Source of the DNA: Octopus bimaculoides
Lineage: Eukaryota
Length of the DNA stretch: 64,000 nt
Assembly (NCBI RefSeq): GCF_001194135.2
Contig: NC_068994.1
Span: 22,377,690-22,441,689, forward strand
Reading direction: 5' to 3'
The translations under genes were made by a program, and so were the position numbers. Shown here piece after piece: positions 46,896 to 59,580 of this stretch (positions within the stretch are counted from its first letter, which is position 1; the number at the start of each line of letters is the position of its first letter). Under the pieces are notes generated by a model, which worked only from the letters and a program-made list of their open reading frames with translations, made no database searches and had not been told where the DNA came from.

Positions 46896-49844
46896 CAAGA
46901 TGATCAGTTCTGAAAAATGAAAGAGAAAAACAAAATTAAATTTAGTTAAAAATGCATACAAAAACAAAACAAAAACCAATATTTATAGAATAGATTTTAA
47001 AATGATTTTATACATTTTTCATGTTAAATAAATAAAGAACTTTGCATACATATTTCAGTACAAGAATTTATTTTACTTTGGTGCAAAATAAGACATTATC
47101 ACTTGATCATCCATGGTGATCAATTCTACAGTTGTAGGGAGTTAAGGGTTGATTATAATAAACGAAACCATTTGAAAAGAGTTGCATAGCAGTTGGGGGG
47201 GGGGTAAAATAAAGCTAGTTCCAGAGGCATCAACAAAATGATATTAGATAAAAGAGGAAAACACCCACTTAAAGCTAAGTGAAAATGGATAAATGTAGAC
47301 ACCGAGAAATAAAGAAGGTTGCTGATTTAGTTTGATAAAAAATAAATAAGGCAACAATGGGTAGCCAGAGAGAAAGCACTAGAGTAGTTAGCAATGTGTA
47401 AATTTATCAATTTATATTTAGCCAATATAAATTTATCAATGGTTATAACCAGTAAATATTGAAATAAAATAAACATTTCTTAAGTAATGAAATGTGTGTG
47501 TTTGTGAACAATTACTAGCTGTCAATTGACGATACATTAAAAAAGGTAAATTTGTTGGGAAGCCTTACAAAATTAGTTTTCATGCTCTGATCAAACAGGT
47601 GTAAGAAAGCAAGCAGCTGTAGTACTAATATTGAGAAAAGAAATTATTGCTTAGTGAGAGTGCAAAAATAGCACCTATGATCTTTCTCAAAGACACCAAA
47701 ACTAGTGGAAGGAATCTGTCCTTAGACAGGAGACCTGGTCATGATGATTGTAACAAAGTGGATTCTGGCACCAAAGGACCAGATAGTGATATTAAACTGA
47801 AAAATATACTCTCCTTTTATTCTTTTGCAGCTGCAGATTTTAAAATTTCATTTACTTATCTATCTTTAAAAATCACTGGAACTATGAATCCTAATTTATT
47901 GATTTCTAAATCAAAACTATCATTTTGTTACCTGTATGAAATATTACCCTTAATACATGAGAGTTATTTAAATGATTTATAACAAGACTTCAAACACACG
48001 CACACACTATATACTTTGGAAGGGTCATTTTGCCAACAAAATCACACACACACACTAGACTAGATGCATTTCACTCCTTTTTATTTGTATCAGTCAATTA
48101 ACTAGTCAACTGTCGGATCTATCAAGTAGTTCGTCAGAGCTCATTTGTCAGTCTGCGACCTGATCGATAGCGTGTCCTCAACTTCTGTGAGGACAGAAGA
48201 GGGGTAGATGAGAACCCACTACAAACGAAAGGACTGTGACGAGCCAACTTGACTGATTAAACAAACGATCGATCAGTTAGCTAATGACAATAAAAAAAGA
48301 GAAATCAAAAATCGTTTCTATTGATAAAACGACCCAACTGGAGTACACTATCAAGTATCTTACAAACTGAAGACATATATAATACATATATTCGATGTTT
48401 ACCAAAACAAAGTTAAATTTATAATTCGTGGTTTGCACCAAAATCATAAAAGACATTTAGCTAGTGAAATGCAAACGTAAAAACAGCTGTTGTTTGGCCA
48501 TATCACCGTCCCAACAGTTTTCTAGTAATTATGTTAAGCCAAAACAGATGTTGGACAGTCCCAGTTCAGCCCCGCTCGAGTAGACATATGAACAAACGTT
48601 CCAATTGTGACCATCCAATTATTTTGTATATATGTAACTACATTGTCCAGTATGTCCTTCCTTTTCAAGACAGCAGGGCATGATTTGAGAGTAATTAGAC
48701 TGCTACTTCTAATATGCAGAGTAATTACACTGAGATTTCCTATAAATAAGAAAATTTATAACTCGGGTGACTAGAATACCTGGAGCCAATCGATTCTCAT
48801 TAGACCGGACATAAACGAGTGTGCAAAATAAAATGGTGGACACATTCTCTTTTGTTAAAACTATTCCGCCTGCTTCTACATATTACTATGGTTTCAATAA
48901 TAGAGAAAATATTTTAAGAGAATAAATATTTCCATAGAATTTGTTCTATTTAAAAGCAAAGCAATCGTTAAAAAATGCATCAGAGTACAGTTATTCGAGT
49001 AACATATAAAGTAACGGCTTTTAATAACCAATATACAGTAGTAGTATAATTCTGATAGTCTTATCAAAATTAAACATTAAATAAAAAAAATCGGATACTA
49101 TATCGGGAAGACAGAATTCCTAAAGTAACTGAGTCACTAAGATTTATAGAATATATTTTTATACTAACTTCTTTACAAAAGTCATCTGAAATGAAATACA
49201 TATCGATGTATGTCAATTATCTAAATATTTCCTTTTCACTAACTTTATAGATATTTTTTTCTGTAGTATTAGAGAAAGGTCACAGTTTTCTATTAAAATA
49301 TTCTAGAACTGTGAAAATAACTGCGATTTCGTGTACTATCGCCATGTTGAAGGTGTTTACCTTCAACAAATGCAGAAGGAACGAAGGATAAAAAAGATTT
49401 TAAAAAACAGCAGTAATAATCAAAATCCAATCAATAATAAACTCTATGTGCGTGTGTGCGCGCGCGTGTGTGTGTGTACATGCGTGTGCGTGCATTTGTG
49501 TTAGAAAGTAGGCTGCAGTGTGGAGTAGAAGCTGGAACTGTATTGCCAACTATCGACATAATCCACCAACAGTTTTTACTGTCCTATGTTTTCCCGATGT
49601 TTCTGCTGAAACCGACAGCTCCACCTAAAAAGTAAGTGTCACCACAGACAATAAGAAAACACCCAGCTCACTTGTCATCCTACTCCGACCCAATACCAAA
49701 CCACACAGCTTTTCCTGTTTACGCAAACACAATTTTGTTTACACTCACCTATGACAACACAGTAACACACATATTTATGTATTACAAAGAAGCACACACA
49801 GCTATCTTTTTATTTCCTATGCATTACAACAGAAACGCGTGCGG

Positions 49845-49881
<37 letters not shown>

Positions 49882-51232
49882 CTGTGAGAAATTATTGGCA
49901 TGGGTGTTATTTCAAGATGCTGGTGTTGGAAACAGAAATTGAAACTTGATAGCAAACATTTTCCATCTGTACAGCAGCACGGATAGCCCGTAATCAAGGT
50001 AGTCTAGAGAAACAGAATTAAATATCGAGATCGTGCATTCAGGTTACATAATTACAATTTCATAACGCAAGCATACATACAAACACGCATTTCAATAGTT
50101 TGATTAAGGCAAAGCAAAGCATTTACATTATAACAGACAGACACACCTATCACTGAGGGTGTAGGGACTGTTTGTGTATGCGTGTGTGTGTGTGTAAAAG
50201 TATACGTTTGGCACGAACGCAGTTCTAATGTAGGCTCAATTATGTAGAGTGTATACTTCATTGTGATAATAAAAGGCCTTTATTTCCACATGATAATACA
50301 CAGAATAATATATACTCATAGATACAAATATATAAAATTATATATAGATATATAGACATAAACACTTGTATATGTATATGTACATATACACACACACACA
50401 TATATATATATATAAACATACATAAGCCTATTAATGTGATTTTGATTTAATTTCGGATTTTTCTCCTAGTTTTTCTCTTAATTATTAAACCACTTTTTTC
50501 CCCTGCATTTTAATAGATTTTTACCTCTTAAAACAAATTACTGAAATTCATAATTTTAACAATCATCACAAAAGCATCCACACATATACACACACATTCG
50601 TACAAATGTATCAAAATAATTCACATATCTTGAACCAAAAGCAGTCGTTTAATGACTGTTTTTATGGCTGTGTATACACACACACACAGATATGTAGATA
50701 GATAATTAGAGACAGACTGCTGGATAAGTGGAAGCATGGCTGTGTAGTTAAAAAGTTACTTCCCAACCATGTAGTTTCAGGTTCAATCCTAGTGCACTGA
50801 GGAAGTGTCACCTATCATAACCACAAGGTAACCAAAACTTTTGCGAATGGCTTTGGTAGATAAAAAGTGGAATTATCCTGCCACATATATATATATATTG
50901 ATATATAAGGGTAAGATCCAGAGATCCAATTGTAGGAAGTGGACAGTGTACAGTCAGAAACAAGAACAATTTATTGGTGTCAAAGGTTATACACTTTTTC
51001 CCCCTATGAAAGTTATGAGGAAATTTGATAAGCTGAAAGTTTCTGTACAGCTCATAGTTAGCAACTAGAGTTGCTATGAATGTGAATAAAAATTCAAAAA
51101 TTGAGGGAGTAGAATGGGTAAAATGATTAGATAAGTTGTGTGTCCCTTGTTGAGTAATTATTACATCAGAGGATCAGCTCGCTGAGAAACATATGTAGCC
51201 TGGATTTTACCCATTCCATTCCCTCAATTTGG

Positions 51233-51277
<45 letters not shown>

Positions 51278-51419
51278 TATTGTCTTGAAACAAGTGTAGA
51301 AGTGGACTTAACATATGTTTTAAGTGGCATAAGTCATTCAAATTACATATGTTGGTTGAGTAACTATTCCTCTATAGTAACTCTCCTCTTTGGTCTTCTT
51401 CATTGCAGGGAAATAATGG

Positions 51420-52010
51420 GTTCCAAGCAGAATCAATATGTCATCATTGAATTTTTTTATATAAGAGTGGTGCAGGCCATCCAACAACCAGATGACATAA
51501 CTGACAAGAGCAATGTTCACATGCAGACAAAGAAGGGGAAACCTGCATTGAAGACAAACCATGCAACTGTAGCCACTAACATTAATTGCCAGTGAGTGGA
51601 ATAATTGATTCACACAGGCAAGTCACAATCTGTGAGATTATTCCACACAAGGCATTATAGAAGACAAACAGAAAACTTTGGGTATTGGAAAGAGTGTGCA
51701 AAGTGGGTATGTTCGTAGTTGACATCTGATTTGAAGGAGAGGCGTGGAAGTCTGCTCTGACCTGATGGAAGCATTTGAAGCCTATGAAGACATGCTTTTT
51801 CTAATCTGGTAACTTGGGATGAAATGTGGGCATATAATTATGATCCATAAATATAGGATCATTGTATGAAATGGCCTCATACCTCTTCTCCAAAACCTAC
51901 GAAGTTCAAGAGCCAGTGACCAGAAAAGAAAATCTTGGTGACTGTTGGAGGAGGGAGGGATGACAAGGGTATTATTCTCCTTGATTTTCTGGAATGTAGT
52001 TTTTATCATA
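51420..52010 (+). mobile_element. Decayed mariner transposase
   Basis: QYVIIEFF, VCAKWV...LTSDLK, NLVTWDEMWAYNYDP, MKWPHTSSPKPTKFK, DDKGIILLDFLE. Confidence 0.85.
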
Positions 52011-52838
52011 TAAAAATTTTCATTACTTTTGCAACCTTGTCAATGGATGCCGACATAAATGGCCATATGTTTTATTAGTGATTGTCATATACAAGGCTAA
52101 GTCAGGAAGAGAAAGTATATCACGTGTGTGTGTGTGTAAAATTCCATCATTTAAAAAAAAAAAAAATCAACATATAGTGAATTGTTTTCAATTCTTTTGG
52201 AAATATCTCTCATAAATTTATAACAAAAAATTGCAGTTACAGTTTGATCAAAATACCTGTTACCCCAGCCATTGCAAAACTTCTTACTACATCTCAGTTA
52301 TTATAATCCCTTCACTTTCCTCACACCTGTATTTAATATTTCCAACTGCTACTCACTCCCTTGACATCTGTTGTTTCAGTCTCCATCAATAATGGTGATC
52401 ACAAACAAAAATACTTTGAAAATATATATAATGTACACACACACACACATATATCATTATTTTAGCATCCACTTTTCCATACTTGCAAGTGTCATACAAA
52501 ATTCATTGAGGCAGTTTTTCAACAGCTGGATACACTTCCTGTTGCCAACCATCACCTGTTTTCTCTGTAATATTTTCCCAAATGACCTGCCATGTTTTCA
52601 CTGAAGATTGCAAACCAAATGGTACTACTTGTATGATGGTGACATTTACGTACAATAAGCATATGATGTCAAGACAAGGAGACAGAAAGACAGATATGTG
52701 CACATGTATATTCATACATATATAATGGGCTTTTTTCAGTTTCTGTCTATTAAATCCATTCACATAGTCAGTTCAAGGTTATAGTTGAAGACTCTTGCCC
52801 AGCGTGTCTTACTATGGGACTGAAACCAAAACCATGAG

Positions 52839-52878
<40 letters not shown>

Positions 52879-52880
<2 letters not shown>

Positions 52881-53200
52881 AGAAACAAGTTAAAAATAAT
52901 GGTCATTACATAATTTTTCCTTTATTGGAGCAAATTTGGCTTACAGCTGTTTCCAGTAGTCATTATAGGTATATTACTGATAGGTCTAATCAATTGGTCT
53001 ATTGTCATAACCAGAAATGGCTCTGATGAAAGTAGCATTAAATTTCTTAGCTCATTCAATTTTCATCAATTGATCAGTTGACTAAGTGGGTAAACCTATC
53101 AGTAATGTGACTATAATGACTACTGGAAACAGCTGTAAGCCAAATTTGCTCCAATAAAGGAAAAATTATGCAATGACCATTATTTTAAACTTGTTTCTTA
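52879..53200. mobile_element. ~320 bp MITE with ~105 bp inverted arms, adjoining (TA)n
   Basis: agaaacaagtt...attactgataggt versus acctatcagtaat...aacttgtttct; TA on both sides (Tc1/mariner-type). Confidence 0.85.
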
Positions 53201-53454
53201 TATATCACTCTGTGTAAAAACTAGTTTGTCTGGAGCCCATCCATGTATTTACAATAGAGAAATGTGATGAACCATAACCTTGAACCCTGCCACAAAATTA
53301 CCTGAAGTTCTTCACTAATCTAAATAATATTGTTAGCCCGATGTGCCAACAGAGAGCTTATGAAGTATTTTGCCCAGATTGATAATCCCTCACAATTAGT
53401 TCTGGTTTATATAATACATATATATATATATATATACACGCACACACATATATA

Positions 53455-53710
53455 GGTGCAGGTGCAGCTATGTGGTGAGAAATTTGCTTCCCAACCACAT
53501 GGTTCTGGGTTCAGTCCCACAGGGTGGCACATTAGGCAAGTGTCTTCTTCTGTAGCCTCAAGTTGCCTGAGGCCTTATGAGTGGATTTGGTTGACAGAAA
53601 CTGAAAAAAGCCAGTTGTATGTGCATGTGTTTGTCCCTTAGTATTACTTCACAAACGGTCTTGGTGTGTTTATGTCCCTGTAATTTAGTAATTCAGCAAA
53701 AGAAACCAGC
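53455..53710 (+). mobile_element. SINE family A (diverged)
   Basis: ggtgcagctatgtggtgag...gggttcagtcccac...; similar copies at ~50730-50880, 62560-62740 and 62880-63040 (minus). Confidence 0.75.
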
Positions 53711-54194
53711 ACTAGTGTGGTGCCATGCAGCTTCCAAGACTACAAACCCTAAAAGAGGTAACTTTATACTAGAAGACGAGGGGTTAAAATATGAAGGAAG
53801 GGACCAGAGCAGAACAGGTGTTTTGCTGTTGAAGAACTAAATGGTTACTCACATTATAGAAGAGAGGGAGAGCAAGCAAAATGGAGTTGTTGAGAGATAA
53901 AGATAGAGGAGATGAGCTATAATTTTGGGTTCAGTTCCAATGTGTAACATTTTGGGGCAAGTATCTCCTAAAGTCCCCAGACTTTCCAAAGCCTTGAGTG
54001 GATTTTGCAGATGAAAACTGAAAATGCCATGTATATATATCATCATCATTTAACGTCCGTTGTCCATGCTGGCATGGGTTGGACGGTTTGACTTGGCTGG
54101 CATGCTGGATGGCTGCACCAGACACCAGTCTGATTTGGATGTCCTTCCCAATGCTAACCACTCCAAGAGTGTAATGGAATTCAACCACCTAACC

Positions 54195-54332
54195 TCCGTG
54201 AGGCCCAACATTCAAAAGGAACTCAGCCACTTTACCCAATGCTTGAAAGGAACTCAGCCACTTTGCCTCTGTAAGGCCCAATGCTCGAAAGGAACTCAGC
54301 CACTTTGCCTCTGTGAGGCCCAACGTTCAAAT
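54195..54332. repeat. Minisatellite (31 and 42 bp units) inside a family C repeat
   Basis: aaaggaactcagccacttt occurs three times, spaced 31 and 42 bp; tgcctctgtgaggcccaacgttcaaa is identical to the RTE copy at ~59785-59812. Confidence 0.85.
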
Positions 54333-56369
54333 GATGTTCTTTACGTGCCACCAGCATGGGTGCACTTGGCTTGATGGGTCCTCTCAAGCACACCATATTG
54401 CCTAAGGTCTCAGTTATTGTTAATGAAAATAAGTAAATATATTTCTCATACCTCACACTAACAACCTTTCCCAGTCCTTCCCTCATAAAATAGTCATCCC
54501 TAGCAATGATGAAAGGTAACAGACAGATGGAATACTATATGTATGCACCTGACAGGCGGAACGTTACAACCATGTACCCTTACAAGTAGAACACTTCATG
54601 TAAATATCAACAGGTGGTAGACTATGATACAATAAGTAAGTACTTATAGATGTCACACAACATTAAGTACTGACAAGTGGTGTGTTAACAATGAAGAATG
54701 AAGCTTAATGATGATGTAAGGTGACTGACAGATAAGTAGAATACTACAGGTGTATACAAACAGGTGGCACACTATGTGTAAGTACTAAATGGTTGTCAAG
54801 TTGCATCTAGGTACCTAGAAGTATTGGTGTGGGTGATACTATTACAATCCGCATCAGTAGTAATGATATGTGGATCAATCGTAACATTAGTGTGACTGTT
54901 AAGCTGGTGGACTGACAGATCATCAGACAAAATGCTTTTCAATATATTTCATCAGGCCTTAAGGCAGTGAGTTAGAATTGCTAGCACCTGGAGCAAAATA
55001 ATTAGTGACATTTTGTCCCTCTTTCTGCTCTGAGTTCCCAAAACAATTCTGTTGGGGCTGGCTTTATCTTTCATTCTTTCCAGGTTGATAAAATAAGTAC
55101 CATTTGAGTACTGGGGTCAATGTAATTGACATACTTCTTCCTTGAAATTGCTGGCCTTGTGCCAAAATTTGAAATTAGTATTTTTTCTGGCTTTAAGGTA
55201 GTGAGCTGGCAAAATCATTAGCACCTGGGCAAAATGCTCAGCAGCATTGTAAGTCCATCTTAATGTTCTTAGTTCAAATTCCACTGAAGTCACCTTTGCT
55301 TTTCATCCTTTCGGGGTCGATAAAATAAGTACCAGTCGAGTACTGGGAACTGATGTAACTGACTTACCCCTCCCACCAAATTACTGTCCTCATTCCAAAT
55401 CATTATTTGAAATCATTATTCCTTCTGATTCTTTTCATTTTGAGTTCAAATGCTGCCAAGATGAACATTCCTTTTCTAGGGATTGGTAAAATAAAGCACC
55501 AGTCAAATAGATTCCAGNNNNNNNNNNNNNNNNNNNNNNNNNNNNNNNNNNNNNNNNNNNNNNNNNNNNNNNNNNNNNNNNNNNNNNNNNNNNNNNNNNN
55601 NNNNNNNNNNNNNNNNNNNNNNNNNNNNNNNNNNNNNNNNNNNNNNNNNNNNNNNNNNNNNNNNNNNNNNNNNNNNNNNNNNNNNNNNNNNNNNNNNNNN
55701 NNNNNNNNNNNNNNNNNNNNNNNNNNNNNNNNNNNNNNNNNNNNNNNNNNCAAATTAATTGACTCTTTTCCCTAGCCAAAATTGTGACTTTATTACTGGT
55801 CACCGTCAAATATTAGGTGGGGGGATGACAATGCAATAAAGTGCAAGGTGAATACTAAAGTCCATTTAATCAACTAACCCACCCCAACAAAAGTAGGTAA
55901 TCATGTGTCTAAGTTAGAATCAAATATTACTATGGTTTGAGCAGTGTAAATAGATGGAGGCAGAGGTGGTGGTGTTGGTGGGCGGTGCTAGAGAAATTAA
56001 AACATGTTGGTACTGTTGTTGAAGGTAGTGCAAATGTAATGGTGGAAGCAAATGATAGTGGTAGGGTGGTGGTCATCACTGTTGGCTAGTCACGTCACAA
56101 GTCAGCCCTGATCCATTAAGACTTATGGTCAAAAGAAATTCCAGCCATGACCATGGCATATATATATATATATATACATATGTATCCACAAAGTCTGGGT
56201 ACATGGGGATTAACACATACTTTAAGAAATTATTATTTCTTATATTTAATTGTTTATGTTATGATTTTATTTACTCCATGTACCCAAACTTTGTATCAGC
56301 TCAGTATCAGCTAGTATGACAAAAACTCCTGAAATAGAAGTACTCCAGAGAGATGTCCCATCACTATAC

Positions 56370-56700
56370 CCCACGCTTAGATCCAGATGACTCAGATGAA
56401 CGAATGACCCCCACCCATTGAATCCCCAAACAAGTGTTCCAAGTAGATGAAAGAAGAAACAAAGGATCTCCAAAGCTGTGGTTAAAGGCCCAAAGTAAAA
56501 CTATCCTGAAAGAGTTCTCTATCGAAGAAAGAAAATGGTAAGAGTCAGCAAAGGACTGCAGCAAGTGGAGATCAGTTGTGTACAGAGAGGATAACTGCAT
56601 TCAACATGCTGAGGAGGCAAGACAAAGACAAGAGTGTACAACAGTAGTAGACACTTCTGCTAGAACTTATCAACCACAAAAGATGTTGTTCAGAAAGAAG
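56370..56700 (+). mobile_element. RTE (BovB-like) C-terminal remnant
   Basis: RM...IPKQVF...GSPKL...ILKEFSIEERKW*ESAKDCSKWRSVV. Confidence 0.7.
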
Positions 56701-57926
56701 TTAAGTGAAGTAGTTGGATGTAATAAATGAAGAAGTTATTGTCTCTGCAATACCATAGATCAATGACAAAAAGGCCAAAGAAATATCTTTATAATACACA
56801 CACATGTATATATAAAAACACACACACGTGTGTGTGTGTGTGTGTCCTTGTCTTGACATCATGTGATAGTCATAAATGCGTGTCACTGCCATAGAAGTAG
56901 TGTCATTCAATTCCAATATTCTGCAGAAACATGCTGGAGCATGGCAAAATATTACCTTGCTTGGAAACAGGTGAGGGTTGTTGACAGGGAGAGCATCCAG
57001 CCTCAGAAAATCTGGCACAACAAATTCCATCTGACTCATGGAAATATGGAAAAGTGGATGTTAAATGATGATGCTGAATGATGTGTGTAGAAAGATAGAC
57101 AGACAGATAAATAGATAAATCTTGATACACACACACACACACACATGTATATTCATTTAACTACCCACAAGGTATACAATTTTCATCACAGGCACACAAT
57201 TTTTCAAAACTTTACACATACAAACACACTCGAAATTGTGATGGTTAAAAAGAAATACAATAAGAATGATGATGTTAGTGGTTATCTTCAACAGAAATGA
57301 CTGTCATTCGGCATAGAAATTTTTTTCATAAACCTTTTATTACTAATATTAGAGAGCTGTTTATACAGTTGTTATAAGCAATATGTTATCTTGTAGATAA
57401 AGACAAATAATACTACTTTGATGAGCAGTTATGTGTGATGTTTTTACTTCAGATGTTTTTCTACTTTTATTTTCAGAGTATTCAATTTAAAACAATCTTG
57501 GAATATGAGGCAACAACAGAGATGTGTTAGAAAGAATTACTAAATCATGGAATAGAGCTCAAAAATATTTTATGGAATATAAGAAGGATAGAGACCATAC
57601 TGAAAGAAATTGCATTACATATAGAAGTAAAAATATATAAAAAGAAAAAAAACTTTTAGTCATTTTATATAATTAATTGTTAAATCATGAACATATAACA
57701 ATGGGATGAACATTTTATGTCAAGTACAAGATCAAGAGAAGTATAGGCACTTAAAAAAAAATATTTAATATTACTGAAAGAAAGCACAGTCCTAAATCCA
57801 AATTTTTTCAGAATACAGAAAGACCATATATTATAGCAATATAAACTAATATAATTATGAATATAACAAAGTGAATTTTATAAAATTATATAATAATGTT
57901 TGTGAGATATACAAACCTAAGTTAAA

Positions 57927-58958
57927 ATGATTAATGTTCAATCCATGAACGAGAGTGAAAAGCAGTCAACATCTGATACCAAGACAAATGATGACTTGCA
58001 AAGTACTGCAAATAGTAAGAAACCTTTCAAATGTGCAGTGTGCCGCAAAGGGTTTACTTTACGTGTATATCTCGCCAAACACGAATTGGCCCCAGAAGCA
58101 GAGAAACATTTCAGTTGTTCTTTCTGTGGAAAAGCTTTCAGCCAAAGAGATAAACTGAAAAATCATGAACGTACACACACAGGGGAAAAACCTTATCATT
58201 GCAATGTTTGTGAAAAGGCATTCAGCCAAAGAACACATCTCAGCAAACATAAACGTACACACACAGGAGAAAAACCATTTGTATGCTTCACTTGTGGAAA
58301 GGCATTTTCACAAAAATCTTATCTTCATAAGCATCAAAGAACACACACTGAACTAAAACCATTTGTGTGTTCTGTGTGTCAGAAGAACTTTTCACAGAAA
58401 TCGTATTTAAACAAGCATGAACGAACTCACACAGGGCTAAAACCATTTGAGTGCGCAATTTGCCATAAAGTGTTCTCACAAAAATCATATCTTAACAAAC
58501 ATGAAAGAACACACAGTGCAGAGAAACCTTTTAACTGTAGCCTATGCAGCAAAGTATTTTCCCAAAGAGCACATTTAAAAAAGCATGAACAAACACATAG
58601 TAGAAATGAAATTTTACAATCAGAAAAACAATCAGAACCAGAAATAGAAGAAGAAGAAGCAAATCTAGAACAAACATTGCTGCCATTGACTGATCAGCAG
58701 TCCCTTGAACCATCATCACCATCACAAGTCCAATTAACATTTGAAACACAAACAAACTCCCAACAACTTACTTGCTGTATACAACCATTGATGCCTATCT
58801 CAATTACATCAGTGATACCAAACAATTCACAGGTAAATAATTACAACTGGTCAGCTGGGTTCCCAGTGACACCAACATGGGCTGCTGCTTGGACAAACAC
58901 ACCCACAGAACCAAATTGCTGCCTAAGTATATTAGAAGCTCAAACTGAAGAAAAATAA
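57927..58958 (+). CDS. C2H2 (Kruppel-type) zinc-finger protein, 343 aa; 6 intact fingers plus 1 degenerate finger and an acidic Q/S/T-rich tail
   Basis: Uninterrupted ORF with CX2CX3FX5LX2HX3H units joined by TGEKP-like linkers. The first finger lacks the second His. A likely 5'-UTR acceptor ttttattttcag| lies at 57476. Confidence 0.92.
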   Translation: MINVQSMNESEKQSTSDTKTNDDLQSTANSKKPFKCAVCRKGFTLRVYLAKHELAPEAEKHFSCSFCGKAFSQRDKLKNHERTHTGEKPYHCNVCEKAFSQRTHLSKHKRTHTGEKPFVCFTCGKAFSQKSYLHKHQRTHTELKPFVCSVCQKNFSQKSYLNKHERTHTGLKPFECAICHKVFSQKSYLNKHERTHSAEKPFNCSLCSKVFSQRAHLKKHEQTHSRNEILQSEKQSEPEIEEEEANLEQTLLPLTDQQSLEPSSPSQVQLTFETQTNSQQLTCCIQPLMPISITSVIPNNSQVNNYNWSAGFPVTPTWAAAWTNTPTEPNCCLSILEAQTEEK

Positions 58959-59580
58959 CAGAAATCTATTCAATGTTATTAACTGCTAAAATAACATTTA
59001 GTTTAGAAGACATTACAATTAGATTTTAATTTATTGAAAATACAAAACACAAAAGACTGTTATTTCATTGACACACCACCACTATCTTATTTGCAATTTT
59101 AATTAATATTAAACTTTTCATGCATTTACCTTATAGAAACTACTTTTCCACCATAAGGATAAATTTAGTTCTACAAATTATTAACTTTTTACAGTAACTG
59201 AAGATGTATCTAAGATATTTTGTTTAAATAAAAATAAATAGGACAGAACTTTTAACCACTAACCAAAAATGTTAATTCTTTTACCAGAAGAAAGTTTTAA
59301 AAATATTAGCATATGATTTTTAGTTTTTTTTTTTTTTTTTGGTTTAACTGCAACTTTTCACACACACATATGCAGTGACGGGGTGTAGATCATGCAGGCC
59401 ATGGCTGTGTAGCTAAAAAGTTCATTTTGCAATTACATGGCTTCATGGAATCGACCAAATTCAGATGCTGCTTTTCATGTGCCACCGGCACTGGCAATGA
59501 CCCAGGCATGAATGGTGCTTATTGCGTGCCACTAGCATGAGAGCCAGTCAGGTGGCACTGGCATTGGCCACAACTACAAT

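Larger units (their letters stand above)
5452..55750. other. Assembly gaps (N runs): 5452-5687, 10483-10804, 12368-12785, 20220-20294, 43366-43375, 55518-55750
   Basis: Seen directly; most abut SINEs or (TA)n microsatellites. Confidence 0.99.
8315..56180. repeat. Dispersed microsatellites: (TA)n at ~8315, 12786, 15014, 20178, 51240, 52843, 56158; (CA/TG)n at ~49447, 49849, 57127; (GAT)n at ~11863, 20155
   Basis: Seen directly; many sit in SINE middles or tails. Confidence 0.95.

Noticed and set aside
48060-48310. Weak inverted repeat upstream of DCP1
   Set aside because: Too degenerate to define TIRs or a TSD; at most an old MITE.
49346-49367. Perfect hairpin as a histone stem-loop or Helitron 3' terminator
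   Set aside because: Does not match the histone consensus and no CTRR end follows on either strand.
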